Positions 59,186 to 64,000 of a stretch of 64,000 nucleotides of DNA are shown piece after piece. Origin of the DNA: Nitrospinales bacterium (GTDB lineage: Bacteria; Nitrospinota; Nitrospinia; Nitrospinales; VA-1); the NCBI GenBank assembly GCA_965262115.1, contig OZ253496.1, forward strand, positions 352,001 through 416,000, in the 5' to 3' direction. The stretch's first letter is position 1. Each line of letters begins with the position of its first letter. Below the pieces are notes generated by a model that saw nothing but the letters and a program-made list of their open reading frames with translations, was not told the origin of the DNA and searched no databases. A program made the position numbers and the translations under genes.

Positions 59186-60380
59186 ATGGGAACCAAACGC
59201 AGGAGTTTCAGTAAAGAATTCAAGTTAGAAGCGGTTCGATTGGTTATTGAAGTAGGCGATAGCATTGCCCGGGTGTCCCGGGATCTGGGAATCCGTTCTG
59301 CCCTTCTGGGTCGCTGGAAACAGGAGTATGAGGAGGATCAGGGGAATGCGTTTCCCGGCAAAGGACAGCTTAAGCCGGGAGATGAGTTGCAGCAGTTGCG
59401 GCGAGAAAACGCTCGCCTTCGTATGGAGCGGGACATATTAAAAAAGGCGGCAGTTATCTTTGTGATGTCCTCTTCATTTGTCTTCATGCCACGAAGGGGT
59501 ACTCGAAGGGTTCCCAATGAGATATCGGTTTATACGGGATCATCGAGAAGCATTTCCGGTAAGCCCGATGTGCCGGGTTCTGGAAGTGGGACGAAGTGGG
59601 TTCTATGCCTGGCTGAGCCGCCCCGAGAGCCTGAGGAGCCGTGAGAAGCAGCGATGGGTTGATGAGATCAAAACCGTTTATAAGAAGAGTCGCCAGACTT
59701 ATGGCAGTCCCAGAATTCATGAGGACTTGAAAGACAAGGGATATGCCATTGGCAGGCATCGTATTGCCTGTCTTATGCGCGAGCATGGAATCGTTGCCAA
59801 GCACAAAAGAAAGTTTAGGGTGACAACCGATTCCAAACATAATCACCCGGTGGCAAAAAACAAACTGCAACGGCGGTTTAATGTTGCTGAGCCCGGTCAA
59901 TGCTGGGTTTCGGATATCACCTATATCCCGACTCAAGAGGGCTGGTTATACCTTGCGGTGACGCTGGATTTATTCCACCGTAAAGTTATTGGTTGGGCCA
60001 TGGATCGTTGGATAACCCGTTGGTTGGTAATGAGAGCTTTAAATATGGCAATGAAGAACGGCGGCATGAAACCGGGATTGATTCACCATTCTGACCGGGG
60101 GGTTCAATATGCCTGCAACGATTTTCAAGCCTTGCTCAATGTTCATGGGATAGAGTGCAGTATGAGCCGGAAGGGCGATTGCTGGGATAACGCCGTGGCG
60201 GAGAGTTTTTTCCATACTCTCAAAGTGGAACTCATTCATAACCGGAACTACAAAACCCGTCAGCAAGCAAAGAAGGATATTTTTGAATATATCGAAGTGT
60301 TTTATAATCGGCAACGCCGTCACTAATATCTCGGCTATCTCAGCCCTGCCGAATTCGAGAAACAGGCCTATGCCTCTTAA
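59186..60380 (+). pseudogene. IS3 transposase orfA/orfB, disrupted
   Basis: orfA FSKEFKLEAVRL; orf[26 protein letters not shown]; 41-bp insertion at 59461 and premature TAA at 60324 (RRH*YLGYLSP). Confidence 0.92.
59461..59501 (+). mobile_element. Micro-element B copy 7 (41 bp) inside IS3 orfA
   Basis: TGTGATGTCCTCTTCATTTGTCTTCATGCCACGAAGGGGTA; removal restores KKAAVIFSKGSQ* with an ATGA overlap onto orfB. Confidence 0.85.
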
Positions 60381-60483
60381 CTAACTGTCCACTAAAACAG
60401 GGGAAGATCATCTCGCTTTTCTGCTTTATAGACTTACGCAAAGGTCTCCCTGCTAAGGGGCGGAGTAACTCCGCTGGTAAATT

Positions 60484-60532
60484 GCAATGGCCTACTGGCG
60501 AATTATCTCAGCACAAAGAGTCCTTGCCCAGT
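60484..60532 (-). repeat. Repeat family A copy 8
   Basis: Reverse complement ACTGGGCAAGGACTCTTTGTGCTGAGATAA...CATTGC. Confidence 0.7.
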
Positions 60533-60596
60533 TACCTCCCCTCTTATTCCTGTGATATGATGGCGCGCTATTATCGTATTTCACTTAGGGCTTAAA

Positions 60597-61538
60597 TTGC
60601 TTGACCTTATACAGATCATTGCCGGGCTGGCACTTTTATATTATGGAGGCAACTTTCTGGTAACAGGCAGTGTTCGTCTTGCCCGTTCTCTGAAAATCAG
60701 TCCCTTCATAATTGGCGCCACCGTCATCGCGTTTGGAACCTCCGCACCTGAACTGGCCGTTGCTCTTCTCGCCGCCCTCGGCGGCACCCCCGAACTGGCT
60801 ATGGGTAATGTCATCGGTAGTAATATCGCTAATATTGGCCTCGTTCTCGGATTAACCGCTATCATTAGTTCCATGTCGATCGCACCCGATCGTCTCAAGC
60901 GGGAATCCCCTCCACTGGTGTTGGCCTCACTTCTCATTCTGGTTATCGCCTGGGATCTTGAAATCAACCGCTATGAAGGGCTTTTTATGGTTTGCCTTTT
61001 AGGCGTGTACGTTTGGAGATCATTCAGCCATAAAGAGGATTTTGCTGAGGAACCGGAGGAGGAAGCCCATCTTTTTGAGAGGAAAGGCCCCGCCTTTCAA
61101 GTTATGCTGATCGTCGTAGGACTAGTGCTTTTGGTTGGAGGTGCCAAATTGCTGGTCGTGGGTGGCGTGAGCATCGCCCGTAACCTGGGAATCAGCGAAT
61201 GGTTAATTGGTATTACCATCGTCGCTATAGGAACCAGCCTCCCCGAAATTGTTTCCTCCCTAATCGCCGCAAAACGAGGCCATGGAGAAATGGCAATCGG
61301 CAATATTTTTGGCAGCAATATCTTCAACATCTTGATGGTTCTGGGCCTCACCGCTACCATTCATCCTTTACATATCCAGGAACCCATCCAACCGGATTTG
61401 ATCATCACCACCGCCATCACCGGACTCTTACTGGCAATGATAGGGTATGGGAACCATTCATTAGGAAAACAAAAGGGCACCCTCTTGCTCCTGGCTTATT
61501 TTTTATATATAGGACTGAAAGCAACCGGCAATCTTTAG
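60597..61538 (+). CDS. Calcium/sodium antiporter (YrbG/CaCA family)
   Basis: Alpha repeats GTSAPEL...GNVIGSNIAN and GTSLPEI...GNIFGSNIFN. Confidence 0.94.
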   Translation: MLDLIQIIAGLALLYYGGNFLVTGSVRLARSLKISPFIIGATVIAFGTSAPELAVALLAALGGTPELAMGNVIGSNIANIGLVLGLTAIISSMSIAPDRLKRESPPLVLASLLILVIAWDLEINRYEGLFMVCLLGVYVWRSFSHKEDFAEEPEEEAHLFERKGPAFQVMLIVVGLVLLVGGAKLLVVGGVSIARNLGISEWLIGITIVAIGTSLPEIVSSLIAAKRGHGEMAIGNIFGSNIFNILMVLGLTATIHPLHIQEPIQPDLIITTAITGLLLAMIGYGNHSLGKQKGTLLLLAYFLYIGLKATGNL

Positions 61539-61544
61539 ACTCTA

Positions 61545-63545
61545 TCAGGCAGGGGGGTTCAGCTTTACATTCTTAAACTTCCATAATTGTTGCTTGTAAT
61601 AAGAATCGTTGGGCACCAGTTTAATGGCTTCTTGAATTTTTTTCACAGCCCTTTCAGGATTTCCCTGAACATAAAGGATTTCTGAAAGTGTGTCGATGAA
61701 TTCGGGCTTATTGGGAAAAGCTTTCAGAGTCTGACTTGAAAGTGCAAAAGCCTTATTAAGCTTGACGCTTTTTTTTGCGTACAACCAAGCCAGGCGATTC
61801 ATGGTCTCATAATTGCTCTTGTTCAATTCAAAAGATTTTTCACAATGCCCGGTTGCAACCGTAAAATAGCCTTTCTTCGTATAAACATTGCAGATCGCGA
61901 AAAAGATTTTAGGATTATTCACCTCGTTTCTGGAAACGGGAAGAAGCAACTCCAGCGCACTATCCAGTTCCCTTGTTTCAACCAGCGCCAGAACCAGCCC
62001 CATAATAAAATCTGAGTTTTGGGGCTCCAGATCTAAAGCTTTTTTGAATTCGTCTATAGCCAGATCCACCTGCTCTCTGCCCAACAATACAATTCCGAGC
62101 TCATGATGGGAAGGCGCGTGCCTGGCATTCAGGGCAATGGCATTGGACAATAAAGATTGCGCGCGACCCCATTTTTTTTCACTGGAAACCAGTTTTCCTA
62201 ATTGATAATGGCTTTGGGCATCCTTCGGGTTGAGCTTGATGGCCTTTTCCAGCGCTTCCTGGGCTTTTTTATTCTGGTTTTTGTCTGCGTAAATTTTCCC
62301 CAGCCGGGCCTGAACCACGGGGTTCCCGGAGTCAAGTGTTTCTGCAACTTTGTAGGTTTCGAGAGACTCCTCAAGCATTCCCTTGGTGTAATACCAATCA
62401 GCAATACGAATTTGCGCAGGGAAGTTTTGCGGGAACAAGTCTGCCGCTTTTTTGAAAGCCTTCACGGCCTCATTTTCCTTACCACTTTGAAGAAGAAGTT
62501 TCCCTAAAGTTAAGTGCAAGCTGGGTTTATCATTCTCAAGCTTTACCGCCTTGGTAATCTCTGCAACGGCTTTGTCATATGCTTTTTTCTGAGAATAAAG
62601 CAGGCTCAATGCTTCATGAGGCTCAAAGGAATCCGCGTCCAACTCCACACTCATATTAAGAGCTTCACGGGCTTTGTCCAACTCCTTCTGTTCCAGATAT
62701 AAAAGGCCCAGGTTGTAGAAAGTGGCTCCACTCTCGGGATCAATTTCCACCGCCTGTTTATAGGACTCCACCGCTTCCTTCATTTGTCCCTTGGAGAAAT
62801 AAGTTTTTGCCTCCTTGACACGGTATTCCCCATTGGCAGGGTTTAAATCAATGGCCCTCTGAAACTGGGCCAGCGCATCGTTGTAACGTTTGTCCTCAAA
62901 ATAAATATCTCCGAGTCCGGCATACACTTTGGACTCGACTCGTGAAATAGTCAGGGCTTTTTTAAAGATGGCTTCCGCGTCGGTATAACGTTTTTCAGCG
63001 ACAAGCTCGTAACCTTTTTCAACCAGAGGCTCCAGTTCATTATCCTCTCTCGGGTAAAGCCAGGTCACCCCGGCAATGACCAGAACTACAACTGCTATTC
63101 CGGCGGCCTTTTTCAATAGGAAAATCGACTTACTGTCAGAGGCCTTCGGATCATTAGAAGCCCTGGAAACTTTCGCCGTTTTGGGAACAGGTCGTTCCAA
63201 CGTTTCCATTTCCTCCTTGACCGTTGTGGGAGCCTCATCGATCATCTTGCAACGGCCCTCGAAGCTGGAACCTTCATCAATGACCAAATGGTAGGTAGAG
63301 ATATCTCCTGCTAACCGGCTGTCGTTCATCAGGGCAACCTTGTTCTCCGCAAACAGGTTTCCCTGAATAAAACCCATATTGGTTACATCATGGGTTTTAA
63401 TATTGCCTAAGATTTTGCCCGACTTCCCCACAACAAAATGACTGGAGGAGTGTATTTCTCCCTCAAAATCCCCATCAAAATGAACCGCATCCTTCACCCA
63501 CAAAGTGCCTTTGAGCCTGATTCCTTTTTCAAAGTAGGAGTCCAT
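61545..63545 (-). CDS. Bactofilin domain-TM-TPR repeat protein
   Basis: N-terminal ~100 aa LKGTL...FDGDFEGEI...VVGKSG.I.GNI...LVIDEGSSFEGRC; one TM segment; more than 10 TPRs. Confidence 0.85.
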   Translation of the reverse strand: MDSYFEKGIRLKGTLWVKDAVHFDGDFEGEIHSSSHFVVGKSGKILGNIKTHDVTNMGFIQGNLFAENKVALMNDSRLAGDISTYHLVIDEGSSFEGRCKMIDEAPTTVKEEMETLERPVPKTAKVSRASNDPKASDSKSIFLLKKAAGIAVVVLVIAGVTWLYPREDNELEPLVEKGYELVAEKRYTDAEAIFKKALTISRVESKVYAGLGDIYFEDKRYNDALAQFQRAIDLNPANGEYRVKEAKTYFSKGQMKEAVESYKQAVEIDPESGATFYNLGLLYLEQKELDKAREALNMSVELDADSFEPHEALSLLYSQKKAYDKAVAEITKAVKLENDKPSLHLTLGKLLLQSGKENEAVKAFKKAADLFPQNFPAQIRIADWYYTKGMLEESLETYKVAETLDSGNPVVQARLGKIYADKNQNKKAQEALEKAIKLNPKDAQSHYQLGKLVSSEKKWGRAQSLLSNAIALNARHAPSHHELGIVLLGREQVDLAIDEFKKALDLEPQNSDFIMGLVLALVETRELDSALELLLPVSRNEVNNPKIFFAICNVYTKKGYFTVATGHCEKSFELNKSNYETMNRLAWLYAKKSVKLNKAFALSSQTLKAFPNKPEFIDTLSEILYVQGNPERAVKKIQEAIKLVPNDSYYKQQLWKFKNVKLNPPA

Positions 63546-63806
63546 AAACCTGCGAAAAAAATCCGAAAAATTTTAAAAATCTGGAATGGTCTGAATAGTA
63601 CCAAATAATTGAATAAGTTACAAGCTAGAACACACGGAACGTCTGATGCAACCCAGCATTCCGAACGAATGTTTACAGGACAAGATTCCTGTACAATGAT
63701 TGGCAACGCATGTGACGGTTGAAAAGTCGGTTCATAACTGCTAATTTGAGCCTTTTTTTACATTTTTTAGCCCCAAAAACTCATCATTATTTTTTCAAGG
63801 AATATC

Positions 63807-64000
63807 ATGTCCAGAGATCAAGGCAGAGCCTTCAATGTATGCAGAAAAATCAAAGTCATAAAAAACTACATCATGCACCCGGCGGGCTCTGTTCTCGTTC
63901 AGATGGGAAACACCAAAGTCATTTGTGCCGCCACTGTGGAAGAAAAAGTTCCTTCCTTTCTCAGAGGCAAAAACAGCGGCTGGGTCACTGCGGAATATTC
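63807..64000 (+). CDS. rph: Ribonuclease PH (5' part, truncated by window edge)
   Basis: Read by hand: MSRDQGR...HPAGSVLVQMGNTKVICAATVEEKVPSFLRGKNSGWVTAEY. Confidence 0.93.
   Translation, partial: MSRDQGRAFNVCRKIKVIKNYIMHPAGSVLVQMGNTKVICAATVEEKVPSFLRGKNSGWVTAEY

Larger units (their letters stand above)
59121..60410 (+). mobile_element. IS3-family insertion sequence (inactivated)
   Basis: 25-bp TIRs TGATCTTCCCCTG..GTGGACA (22/25 match), orfA/orfB, AAAAAAG slippery site at 59440-59446; no TSD visible. Confidence 0.95.
58865..60448. mobile_element. MITE family M copy 2, expanded composite carrying IS3
   Basis: GAGACCTTTGCATAA at 58865 and TTACGCAAAGGTCTC at 60448; CCTGCTAAG duplicated at 58856-58864 and 60449-60457; extra internal end at 59043-59059. 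Confidence 0.8.

Noticed and set aside
6379..59501. Family B as CRISPR repeats
   Set aside because: Copies are dispersed singly on both strands with no regular spacers, and no cas genes are present
59461..59502. Family B as a group II intron remnant (GTG...AC) or hammerhead ribozyme
   Set aside because: The terminal C is not conserved (copies 3 and 5), and there is no domain V or complete hammerhead core
59186..59644. 152-aa extended IS3 orfA as a novel protein
   Set aside because: The extension is read-through caused by the 41-bp insertion

Overview
Bacterial chromosomal segment. Gene content and style suggest a Nitrospina/Nitrospinaceae-like organism (inference only). The backbone is housekeeping: HelD-like helicase, two Mrp/ApbC Fe-S carriers, parC/parE-like type IIA topoisomerase, dprA-topA-trmFO, proA, a complete trpEGDCFBA operon, a moxR-DUF58-batABCDE cluster, ampG, alr, pyrD, a Ca/Na antiporter, a bactofilin-TPR fusion and the start of rph. 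Accessory material includes an AT-rich type II R-M island, a DUF4062 + DUF559 module, solo attC-like sites, one dead IS3, IS remnants and several pseudogenes. The most unusual signal is non-coding: at least four interlocking families of small intergenic repeats. (B) A 39-41 bp micro-element, 7 copies, with no target-site duplication or terminal inverted repeats; removing it exactly restores an IS3 orfA, a REP-like repeat and a hairpin. (A) A ~60 bp repeat with imperfect inverted ends, 8 copies. (M) A MITE with GAGACCTTTGC ends and 9-bp TSDs, inserted twice at the same CCCTGYTAAGGGG motif next to an A repeat. (C) CCCTCCC hairpins that bracket a DUF559 endonuclease gene and supply its RBS and stop codon. 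No rRNA, tRNA or CRISPR array was seen. All calls are by eye; no database search was run.
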